Shown here in pieces: positions 56,645 through 64,000 of a DNA stretch of 64,000 nt (the first letter of the stretch is position 1; each line of letters starts with the position of its first letter). Origin of the DNA: a virus (Duplodnaviria > Heunggongvirae > Uroviricota > Caudoviricetes); the IMG/VR virus record IMGVR_UViG_3300028025_001180; one strand, written 5' to 3'. Position numbers and translations under genes: made by a program. Under the pieces are notes generated by a model. That model saw nothing but the letters and a program-made list of their open reading frames with translations, had not been told where the DNA came from and did no database searches.

Positions 56645-57175
56645 CTAATCTAATTTGTTAAGAAAATTGTCATTTATAAGTCTATAACTTCTGATTGGGG
56701 CAAGGTCTGTTAGCGTAACTTGTTGAACATCAACCCCCCACTTCCTAGCTTCCACCCTAACTTTCTTAGTTAATGTGTTATCTAATTCAGAATCTGTACA
56801 TTCCTCCATAGTCATTGACATAATAACGTTTTTTATTATGCTTTGAGACATGTCTGACAATGCATCTTGTGCATCAAACACTTCAAGTAGAAATATCTTT
56901 ACGTCTGATATCTTGTATTTTACAACTCCCTTGACAACAATGTTTTGTTTATCTAGGGTATACAAAGACTGAGCGTCTAAGCTAAGTGTTGTAACTACTA
57001 CATGCTGATCTATCACTTCGTCAAAGAAAGGAACTTTAAAATGTATGCCTGGAAGCAACACTTGATTAAACTTTCCAAATCTTAGAAGTACAGCCTGTTC
57101 ATAGTCTCTGATGATGATGAATGGTAGAATATGATTCCACCATTCAATCAATACATCAATTAGTTTATCAAACAT
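56645..57175 (-). CDS. SPFH/band-7 (stomatin/prohibitin/HflKC-like) domain protein, 176 aa, with no N-terminal transmembrane segment.
   Basis: YEQAVLLRFGKFNQVLLPGIHFKVPFFDEV...VTTLSLDAQSLYTLDKQNIVVKGVVKYKISD...EARKWGVDVQQVTLTDLAP follows the SPFH consensus (ERAVV-RLGK...GPG-HF-IPF...V-V...TKDN-V-VDAVV-YRV-DP...WG-EV--V-I-DI-P). Confidence 0.65.
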   Translation of the reverse strand: MFDKLIDVLIEWWNHILPFIIIRDYEQAVLLRFGKFNQVLLPGIHFKVPFFDEVIDQHVVVTTLSLDAQSLYTLDKQNIVVKGVVKYKISDVKIFLLEVFDAQDALSDMSQSIIKNVIMSMTMEECTDSELDNTLTKKVRVEARKWGVDVQQVTLTDLAPIRSYRLINDNFLNKLD

Positions 57176-57177
57176 AT

Positions 57178-59760
57178 TTATTTGGTTTTCTTAGCTCTAC
57201 CTTTAGCGTTCTCTTTAGCTACAGCAAGATCATTAGCTTGATTCTCTCTAGCTATCTTTAACTTCTCTCTTTCTATCTCTAGCTTCTGAGAAGCAAGTTG
57301 GTTCTTGCTTTGTACATCCATCATCTTAGCTTGGTAATCTCTTTCAGCCTTTGACTGAGCCAAAGCCAGTTTGTCAATTTCTAGCACATCAGGAGTACCA
57401 CTGGTATCAAGATCTGATAAAGGACCACTCTTAGATTCAGCTGCAATAAGAGCAATTTCTTTCTTATTGATTCTATCAAGCTCAGCTTGGTAGTTTTCAT
57501 TAGCTAGTTTTTCTTCTGCTTGTATTTGAGCCGCTTCAATCTGAGCCTGAGCAATTTGTTGTGTTTGTTCAATTTCTTGTTGCTTTTGTTGTAACTGAGC
57601 GTTCTGCATAGACTCTTGTCTATCCTTCAATTTCTTAAACACCTGCTTCATTTGTCTCATTGAGTTGGTGCTATATAGTTCAATTACATCATGTAAAGAT
57701 CCACCATTTTGTATAACAGCTTGAGACAATCCTCTAATTTCATTAAACATTTGTCTATCTTCAGGTCTGTTAGTTAAGAATACCTTTAAGTCTCTAAAAC
57801 GTAAGTCTGTACCATTTACAGATACAAATGCAGATTCTCCCTCAGACGTAATATAAGATATAGTAGACTGTGGTTTCTTACTCTCAACGTATAAAGCTGC
57901 ATCAATAATTGATTGATATAGCTGACCTAGTACATATTCATGTGCTACAAACAAAGGTTCTGTCTGAGCATAAGATTGTGTAATAGCTGCGTTAGTACCT
58001 GTTGCTGATTCACTAGCTTGTACAGATCCTAGTCTTTGTCTTGACATACCTATCAATTCCCAACACTCATTCTTAAGTTGTTGTGCTAGAGTATATCTTG
58101 CTTGGATCTCCTGCGTACGTGTAAGGTCTAAGCTGGTGTATTGGTTAAATGAGCTTGGGCTCTTTAAGTTTTCAGGGCTGTCATCTACAAATACCACACC
58201 TCTGTTACGAGCTTCCATTTCCCAAATATCAAGAGCATCTTGAGCATCTCCATCCTTAGGAATAGGAATGTGTCTGATAGACATTAATTGCACCTTACCC
58301 ACTTCCTTCTCAAGTAGCTTATATAACTGGTTCATACACACATTATATAAAACTTGGAAAGGCTTCATCATATCTACAAGGCTCTTAGCCTCTGTATTCT
58401 TCACCTCAAATACTTGACCAATGATTGGACAGTAAGGTAATAAGTTATAAGGTTTGATATGGTAGATGTCTGGACCAATCTTAATACCTTGGTACCATTG
58501 GTTAATCCATCCCCACTCTAATGAAATTTCTGTAGGAATTGTTTTAGATTTATAGTCTTCATCTACTAACATAGATTGTTCATTACCCATCTCATCTGTA
58601 TATATCAACTTTCCTATCTTCTTTTTAGAAATCCAATAAGATCTTACTACTACATACTTATAACCAAAAGAGCTAACGTTTGATGTTAGTCCTAAGAAAT
58701 CCTGAAGACCATCATTGTTCTCTTTCATCTCAGACTCAATGATCATTCTAGTCTGTAGGACTAATGGATCATATGTATCATATTGAACAGAGTCATTACC
58801 AGGAATAGCATTAGGATTACCTAAGTTAGATTCACGTACGTTGATAAGACCATAGTCTTGTAATGAACTACGTAAGTGGTCAATCTCATCTTTAGTTAAG
58901 TCTGGAATAGACTCAATGATTTCAGACAACTCCATAACCTGTACAGTACCAGCAGCATATGCTCCTTGACTTCTACCAGTTGTATCTGATATATACTTTC
59001 TATCTGGAGTGGTTAAGAACCAAGTGTTCTTAGGATTAGCTACTTCTACATTAAATCCTGTCTTTGAGTTGTCCTCATAGATGTGGAAGAATTCTCTAGA
59101 AGAAATCAAAAGATCTCTAAAAGCATCTTCAGACTTTTCTTTTAATACAAACTCAGCTTTCTCAGCAGTTAATATATGGTTTGCCCATTTCTCTGCTATA
59201 GATGTATAACTATCAAGTTCATCTTTTACTTGTTCTAATGTTTTCTCCTGTAACTCCTCGTCTGAAATCTCTACACCATCAAATGCTGCTTTCTCTAATA
59301 TCTTTCTTTGTGCTTGAGAAACAACATAGTCTTGTAATAGTTGAGTTTTAAATTCAAGCTCTTCAGCTTTACTATCATCATCAAATGCCTTTACACGAAA
59401 TGCATCAGGTCTTTTAGAGATCTCTCCTACTAACTCATTAATAGGAGTGGTCATTATAGAATAATGTTTTACATAGGCAGGAAGAGCTAGATCTGCTGTG
59501 AGCACATCTGTGAAACTTCTTACTTCTGGTTCTTGGTAGAAATCTTCTCTTCTTAAAATACCTTTTACAAGGTCATAGTTTTTAACAAATGTATCTCTGT
59601 TCTTTACATACTCAGCATAGGCTTTGTTAGCAAAGTAATCCATTGTATTTTTAATCCAACTCTCATCCATCTTTTCTTTCTCAGTCTTGAACTGATCAGG
59701 GAAAATGTTAAGATAGGCATACCTGATTGTTGCGTCTTTCGTGTATCTTATAATTGCCAT
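57178..59760 (-). CDS. Portal protein candidate, 860 aa.
   Basis: It lies immediately downstream of the large terminase and has a size typical of crAss-like portals. The C-terminus is a charged coiled-coil. Confidence 0.55.
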   Translation of the reverse strand: MAIIRYTKDATIRYAYLNIFPDQFKTEKEKMDESWIKNTMDYFANKAYAEYVKNRDTFVKNYDLVKGILRREDFYQEPEVRSFTDVLTADLALPAYVKHYSIMTTPINELVGEISKRPDAFRVKAFDDDSKAEELEFKTQLLQDYVVSQAQRKILEKAAFDGVEISDEELQEKTLEQVKDELDSYTSIAEKWANHILTAEKAEFVLKEKSEDAFRDLLISSREFFHIYEDNSKTGFNVEVANPKNTWFLTTPDRKYISDTTGRSQGAYAAGTVQVMELSEIIESIPDLTKDEIDHLRSSLQDYGLINVRESNLGNPNAIPGNDSVQYDTYDPLVLQTRMIIESEMKENNDGLQDFLGLTSNVSSFGYKYVVVRSYWISKKKIGKLIYTDEMGNEQSMLVDEDYKSKTIPTEISLEWGWINQWYQGIKIGPDIYHIKPYNLLPYCPIIGQVFEVKNTEAKSLVDMMKPFQVLYNVCMNQLYKLLEKEVGKVQLMSIRHIPIPKDGDAQDALDIWEMEARNRGVVFVDDSPENLKSPSSFNQYTSLDLTRTQEIQARYTLAQQLKNECWELIGMSRQRLGSVQASESATGTNAAITQSYAQTEPLFVAHEYVLGQLYQSIIDAALYVESKKPQSTISYITSEGESAFVSVNGTDLRFRDLKVFLTNRPEDRQMFNEIRGLSQAVIQNGGSLHDVIELYSTNSMRQMKQVFKKLKDRQESMQNAQLQQKQQEIEQTQQIAQAQIEAAQIQAEEKLANENYQAELDRINKKEIALIAAESKSGPLSDLDTSGTPDVLEIDKLALAQSKAERDYQAKMMDVQSKNQLASQKLEIEREKLKIARENQANDLAVAKENAKGRAKKTK

Positions 59761-61802
59761 TATGAAAACAATTTATTTCGTTTATATTTATTTCTTGATT
59801 GTCCAAACATGTTATTCCTAGCTTCAGTGAAAAGTAAATTACCTCTTTTCTTATTGAACATAGAAGCCACTCTCTCATCTGATGTGCCACCTATCTTACC
59901 CATTATTGGGTCCATCTTCATTGCTTGAGCGATGGCTAACTCTGCAGCAATGATTCTATCAAAGTTACCTTGATCATTGTATTGAATAATCTCTTCAAGC
60001 AATACAGGATCAAATATCTTACTTACACCCAAGACTTCTCTAATCACCTCACCTGCATCATTCTTCTCTACAAAAATAGGAGCTTCCATATACTTCTTAA
60101 GACATGTGTGAAGATAGTCAATTATCTTCTGACTTGAACGATGAATTCCATAATCTCTTTTTACAGTGGTATTAGGAACAATCTCTTTAAGCCAGTCAGG
60201 TTGTCTCTCTAGATAGTGAGCATCCCCTTTAGCCTTCATATATTCGATAAATGATATATCATCATTCTCACACAGTGTTCTAGCGTTATAATACTTAATA
60301 AGAAATCTAGCCTGTTCTTCCCAAGTTTCTTTCTTATCAGGTCTTGCACAATACGAAGCTACGAACATATCTTGATACTTCTCACCACTAATTTCATGCA
60401 TCCTTTTATATATGTATACAGATCCAAGTGAACTTGAATATGCAGACTTACCTTGTCTATATGGATCGACCCCTGCTACGTACAATCCATAAGGTGGATT
60501 ATCTACAGGGAATTCGTATATAACAATAGGTGCTTCTTTCAGGTCTGAGTTCTTTAGAGGGAAGTTAGAGATGGGTAATTTATCTGTAAACTCATGAGCT
60601 ATCTTCTCTCCATCATGAAATAAAACAACAGGAGTTCCTGTTCTTTCTTGATTTAATAATCTAGTCTTCTGTCTCTTAGCACTGTCAATATCAAATATAT
60701 TTGTGTCCTCATTCAAGAAGATATCATCTACTTCCTGAGGATAGTACATTTTTTCTTTTAAATAGGCTATTCTATCTCCAGCTTTCTTAAGTCTTTCTAA
60801 GTTGTCATTAGTAATCTGAGTTGCCTTCTCTTCATTACTTACAAGCATTTTTACATTATGTAAGTCTGAGGTGGATGGTTCGTTCAAATATGATCCTAGT
60901 GTAGAATCCTCCTTTGCCTCCATTCTATACTTATGAGAAATGAAAAGACCATGTACACGCTTGTCATCTTTACTATTATTATATGTAAGGAAATTAAAGT
61001 TGTCTACGTCAAACATCAAGGATTTAGCATCCATGAATTTCTTCATGTCCCCACCAGTCCCAGTAAGTATGGGGCTACATCCCCAACCATAGGGTGTAGT
61101 GAAACCTGGAATAGCAGCCTGTAAGCCTCTAAGGAAATTCCCTTTACCAATCTCATCTATAATTAATTTACGTGGTTTTGTACCTGCAATTGCCTCTTCA
61201 TTATTACCTTCATCAAGGTTACGTATTAGAATGGAAGAGAATGGGATACGTTCACCAGACTTGGTCTTTATACCTAGAGTCACTTGGTTCTTCCAGTTGT
61301 CCTCAATTCTCTGCCATCTCCAATACTCAGGAATGAAATTCAATCCTTTGTCAATCTTATCAGTGATCAGTTTAATATCTGGGGCATTTAAACCTGCAAT
61401 AATATTCTGACTGTTCTCATCAAAGGTGGCACCCCATGCAATATAGGATGCTTCTAAAACTGACTTGGCAAAACGTCTAATACCTAGAATGACTAAGCCT
61501 CTCTTTTCTTGTTGGGCCCTGTCAATTTCGTTTGTCACAAGCCACTCATTATCTCTTAAAAAAGGATTGGCATATTTCTGTGCAATCCTTCCTCTTTCAT
61601 CTATTACGTCAACTTCTGTATGCCATATGTTCAAGTGCCAATACAAAAATGGGTTAATGTAAACACCTCCCATCATAGCTCCATTTAAACATAGCTCTCT
61701 GTGAAAGTCAAAGAATGGCTTACACTCCTGAGAGTCTTTATCAGGAATACGCTTCTGATTTATAAACCAGTCTTTATAATCTATATTTTGTAGTTCTATC
61801 AT
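59760..61802 (-). CDS. Terminase large subunit, 680 aa.
   Basis: Walker A-like LVILGIRRFAKSVLE (terminase-type R-x-x-G/A-K-S). Walker B-like KPRKLIIDEIG. Downstream nuclease-domain acidic motifs (YVAGVDPY). Position upstream of the portal. Confidence 0.75.
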   Translation of the reverse strand: MIELQNIDYKDWFINQKRIPDKDSQECKPFFDFHRELCLNGAMMGGVYINPFLYWHLNIWHTEVDVIDERGRIAQKYANPFLRDNEWLVTNEIDRAQQEKRGLVILGIRRFAKSVLEASYIAWGATFDENSQNIIAGLNAPDIKLITDKIDKGLNFIPEYWRWQRIEDNWKNQVTLGIKTKSGERIPFSSILIRNLDEGNNEEAIAGTKPRKLIIDEIGKGNFLRGLQAAIPGFTTPYGWGCSPILTGTGGDMKKFMDAKSLMFDVDNFNFLTYNNSKDDKRVHGLFISHKYRMEAKEDSTLGSYLNEPSTSDLHNVKMLVSNEEKATQITNDNLERLKKAGDRIAYLKEKMYYPQEVDDIFLNEDTNIFDIDSAKRQKTRLLNQERTGTPVVLFHDGEKIAHEFTDKLPISNFPLKNSDLKEAPIVIYEFPVDNPPYGLYVAGVDPYRQGKSAYSSSLGSVYIYKRMHEISGEKYQDMFVASYCARPDKKETWEEQARFLIKYYNARTLCENDDISFIEYMKAKGDAHYLERQPDWLKEIVPNTTVKRDYGIHRSSQKIIDYLHTCLKKYMEAPIFVEKNDAGEVIREVLGVSKIFDPVLLEEIIQYNDQGNFDRIIAAELAIAQAMKMDPIMGKIGGTSDERVASMFNKKRGNLLFTEARNNMFGQSRNKYKRNKLFS

Positions 61803-62131
61803 TTTCTATTTGCTAAGAACTCAGCAGCTGCTCCTGATAGCTCGCCTTTTCCTCTCACTTCCACCTTAGCTTCTTCCATGTTTCTTAACTTATCTACCAC
61901 TTCTACTAGAGCAAGGTAGTTTTTCATTGTCTCTTGTACAAACTTACCTTGAGCTTCAATAGATGCTATGACCATAGGTAACATGCCTCCTTTAGCTGTA
62001 GGTTTCCACTCAATCCTATCTTTCAATTCATGTAGTGGATTAGCATCAACGTATTGTTTCCATGAAACAAGTTGTGTCTCAGCCCATTCAAGCTCTGTAT
62101 TTATATATGTAGTTTTCTTAATAGTCGCCAT
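61799..62131 (-). CDS. Small protein, 110 aa, overlapping the terminase start. Possible small terminase or packaging accessory protein.
   Basis: Position only. ATGA overlap with the large terminase gene. Confidence 0.3.
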   Translation of the reverse strand: MATIKKTTYINTELEWAETQLVSWKQYVDANPLHELKDRIEWKPTAKGGMLPMVIASIEAQGKFVQETMKNYLALVEVVDKLRNMEEAKVEVRGKGELSGAAAEFLANRK

Positions 62132-62402
62132 CTTCTTCTTCTTCTTTTAGAATGTTATCAAGATCCATGCCCTCTTTAATTATCTTTTCTAACTCAGATT
62201 CCTCTGTATGAGGAACATCCATTTCTATTTCAGACTTATATTTGCTAAGAGCAAATGCTAGCTCTTTATCTGTTATACCCCAAATGTCACCATATCCATC
62301 AAGAGCTGTAGCTAAGTGTCTTCCCAAATTGTATGTAGGGAAGTCTTTATGTAGTTCTTGCAGTATAGATATCACTTCTGTATAGTGAGTCTTTTTACTC
62401 AT
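62118..62402 (-). CDS. Small acidic hypothetical protein, 94 aa.
   Basis: ORF track. Confidence 0.4.
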   Translation of the reverse strand: MSKKTHYTEVISILQELHKDFPTYNLGRHLATALDGYGDIWGITDKELAFALSKYKSEIEMDVPHTEESELEKIIKEGMDLDNILKEEEEDGDY

Positions 62403-62406
62403 TGTA

Positions 62407-62664
62407 TTATATTAACTGGTTTATATCGTCATCTGTTAGTTTACCTGAACCAATCTCCAAGTCTAACTCATCTATCTCTCCAAAGTTCTTTTTGCCTTCT
62501 TCTGTCATGTAATCTTTTGTAAACACTATTGCCATACTATCAAAGTCAGTACCTGGTTTTCCAGATATGTCAATATAATCTATCCCCTGATTATAAAGGC
62601 TAACTAACGTCTCAATCAGAGCGTCCAGTGGAATCTTCTGAATCTTCACTTCCTTGTTTTCCAT
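62407..62664 (-). CDS. Small acidic hypothetical protein, 85 aa.
   Basis: ORF track. Its 5' end overlaps the 115-aa ORF by 53 nt. Confidence 0.4.
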   Translation of the reverse strand: MENKEVKIQKIPLDALIETLVSLYNQGIDYIDISGKPGTDFDSMAIVFTKDYMTEEGKKNFGEIDELDLEIGSGKLTDDDINQLI

Positions 62665-62959
62665 ATACTGTTTGTATTAGTTGTTCTTCATCCTCTCTTG
62701 ATTCCATCTCTGCCACCCACTTTTCTATAGGGCAAGCACAAGATAAACACCTAGTTTTTGCTGCTAGGGTGCAGCCACAATGTGTACAATGCTTATCAAA
62801 CCTTCTAGGTTTCTTAGGTCTGTTTTCAGAACACCATTCACAGGCATCACAAATAGCCATACGTTGTTGGCTAATTTCTCTAATTTGCTCTTTCATATCG
62901 TCAGCTGGGAATAGGTTATTCTTCCAGCCCTCGTATATCTGAGAGAAGTTGATCTTCAT
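62612..62959 (-). CDS. Zinc-ribbon-type Cys-rich protein, 115 aa.
   Basis: CDACEWC ... CTHCGC ... CLSCAC Cys clusters (C-x2-C-x2-C, C-x2-C-x-C, C-x2-C-x-C). Confidence 0.5.
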   Translation of the reverse strand: MKINFSQIYEGWKNNLFPADDMKEQIREISQQRMAICDACEWCSENRPKKPRRFDKHCTHCGCTLAAKTRCLSCACPIEKWVAEMESREDEEQLIQTVYGKQGSEDSEDSTGRSD

Positions 62960-63302
62960 AGGTAATTTTACTTTTTAGTAAATTGATCAGAGCTTCTGTT
63001 TTTTCTAGTGTCACCTGAGAGGAACGTTTCTTCTGTTCAGAGGTTTCAGCACTGGCTATGAACTCAAGCATTAGGTTTTTCTTCCTAGTCAAGTCTTCTA
63101 GACGTTTCTTAGCTTTCTTCTCGTTGAAATAAAACTTCCCAAACCCAGAGATTTCGATACTGTTATTTGTGTCCATCGCCTCGTTGGCAGATTGAAACTG
63201 GTGGTTTATCACTGTCTCAATCATCTTCTCAGAAATCATCATCTTCACAGCAAGGGTTCTGACTAGGTAGTCTTTGACAGACATACTTATAGGCTTATCC
63301 AT
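62916..63302 (-). CDS. HU/IHF-like DNA-binding protein, 128 aa, with a divergent C-terminal half.
   Basis: The N-terminal half follows the HU pattern (SVKDYLVRTLA...EKMIETVI...FQSANEAM...IEISGFGKF), including the GFGKF signature. The canonical R-N-P-x-T-G beta-arm is not recognisable. Confidence 0.55.
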   Translation of the reverse strand: MDKPISMSVKDYLVRTLAVKMMISEKMIETVINHQFQSANEAMDTNNSIEISGFGKFYFNEKKAKKRLEDLTRKKNLMLEFIASAETSEQKKRSSQVTLEKTEALINLLKSKITYEDQLLSDIRGLEE

Positions 63303-63660
63303 GTGTTAGAGTTATTTGTAATACAAGATCTTTTTCGAAGTTGAGCAAGATGATGGGATTAACCTTCACCTTTGTCCCATCCTTTACAAATATCCCCATC
63401 TTCTTCAGCTTGGAAATAATGTTGTTTATAGCTGGGGACGTACTGTCGTATGTCTCACAAAACTCCTTACGTATGTTAGCGTAAGAGATGTTTCCCTTTA
63501 TGGCAGCAAAGGCTATCAATTGTATCTCTCTCTTTGTAAGCTTCAATTCATTCACAGCTGACAAGATCCTATAATACTTCTCAGCCATAGGAATAACATC
63601 CTCCACTGAAGTTTTTAGTCGTTGTACAATTGGTTTTGCTTCCATAATTAGTTGATACAA
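63295..63660 (-). CDS. Putative winged-helix DNA-binding protein or transcription regulator, 121 aa.
   Basis: The stretch ISKLKKMGIFVKDGTKVKVNP resembles a wHTH recognition helix plus wing. Weak. Confidence 0.3.
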   Translation of the reverse strand: MYQLIMEAKPIVQRLKTSVEDVIPMAEKYYRILSAVNELKLTKREIQLIAFAAIKGNISYANIRKEFCETYDSTSPAINNIISKLKKMGIFVKDGTKVKVNPIILLNFEKDLVLQITLTHG

Positions 63661-63723
63661 AGGTATGTATATCTGGACGATCTACAAATAACTAAATTAG
63701 TTATTATAAAACTTAATGCTATA

Positions 63724-63966
63724 TTATGCATCAAATTTCCTAAAGATCATTAAAAAGGTAAATAATAACAGTCCCACTCTTAACTCCTGCTCTAATCCCC
63801 CATCTGTCAACTCATAGTTTCTATTAGATATACCTAGTTCAAAGTTGTTGTAGTCTTTAGGTAGGAATTCTATACCTATCTCCCATTCATCAAAATGTAC
63901 AAATCCCCATATACAAACAACAACACTTAAGAGACCAACAATACAACCAAGTAATAATACTACCAT
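63724..63966 (-). CDS. Small membrane protein, 80 aa, with an N-terminal transmembrane helix.
   Basis: MVVLLLGCIVGLLSVVVCIWGF hydrophobic segment. Confidence 0.4.
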   Translation of the reverse strand: MVVLLLGCIVGLLSVVVCIWGFVHFDEWEIGIEFLPKDYNNFELGISNRNYELTDGGLEQELRVGLLLFTFLMIFRKFDA

Positions 63967-64000
63967 ATGTCTAAGCTTTTATTAGTGAGGAGGTATTAGC

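Noticed and set aside
1-64000. CRISPR arrays, tRNA/rRNA genes, integrase or transposase, and prophage att sites.
   Set aside because: No regularly spaced direct repeats with unique spacers. No rRNA-like or tRNA-like conserved blocks. No tyrosine or serine recombinase motifs were noticed in any ORF.

Overview
The window is AT-rich phage DNA at about 35% GC, and almost all of it (about 1.5 to 64 kb) is one minus-strand block of tightly packed, often TAATG/ATGA-overlapping genes. That block is the packaging, head, tail and virion-cargo (late) module of a large podovirus-like phage. Its layout resembles crAss-like (Crassvirales-type) phages of Bacteroidota such as the Cellulophaga/Flavobacterium phage lineage, but that is inference from gene content and order only; no homology search was run.

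Reading in the direction of transcription (high to low coordinates), the block contains:
- small DNA-binding proteins (winged-helix-like, HU/IHF-like, Cys4 zinc-ribbon);
- a large terminase, the portal, a stand-alone SPFH/band-7 domain protein, an acidic scaffold-like protein and the major capsid protein;
- a run of head-completion and tail proteins, including a tail-collar-domain fibre and a degenerate metallophosphoesterase;
- a translationally coupled chain of giant presumptive ejected proteins of 1569, 1122, 925, 3660 and 1666 aa. The 3660-aa protein carries a DFDID motif like the Mg-binding aspartate triad of a virion RNA polymerase;
- two huge Ser/Thr/Gly collagen-like tail fibres of 2403 and 1502 aa. 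The second ends in a peptidase-S74 self-cleaving intramolecular chaperone;
- a BNR/Asp-box beta-propeller protein.

At the left edge a short plus-strand module converges on the block. It encodes a TibC/BAHT-like (autotransporter heptosyltransferase family) GT-B glycosyltransferase with a Cys4 'iron-finger' spacing. It sits next to fibres made of Ser/Thr-rich beta-helix-like repeats, which suggests a fibre-glycosylation system.

Other points of interest:
- a ~50-aa N-terminal Cys-containing anchor module shared by three fibre genes, one of them an 86-aa module-only ORF;
- triplicated ~270-bp domain repeats inside the collagen-like fibre;
- intrinsic-terminator hairpins that revise one gene start;
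- a structured 190-bp intergenic region after the capsid gene;
- a 44-aa Cys-rich ORF missed by the ORF track.

No tRNA, rRNA, CRISPR array or integrase/transposase was seen.
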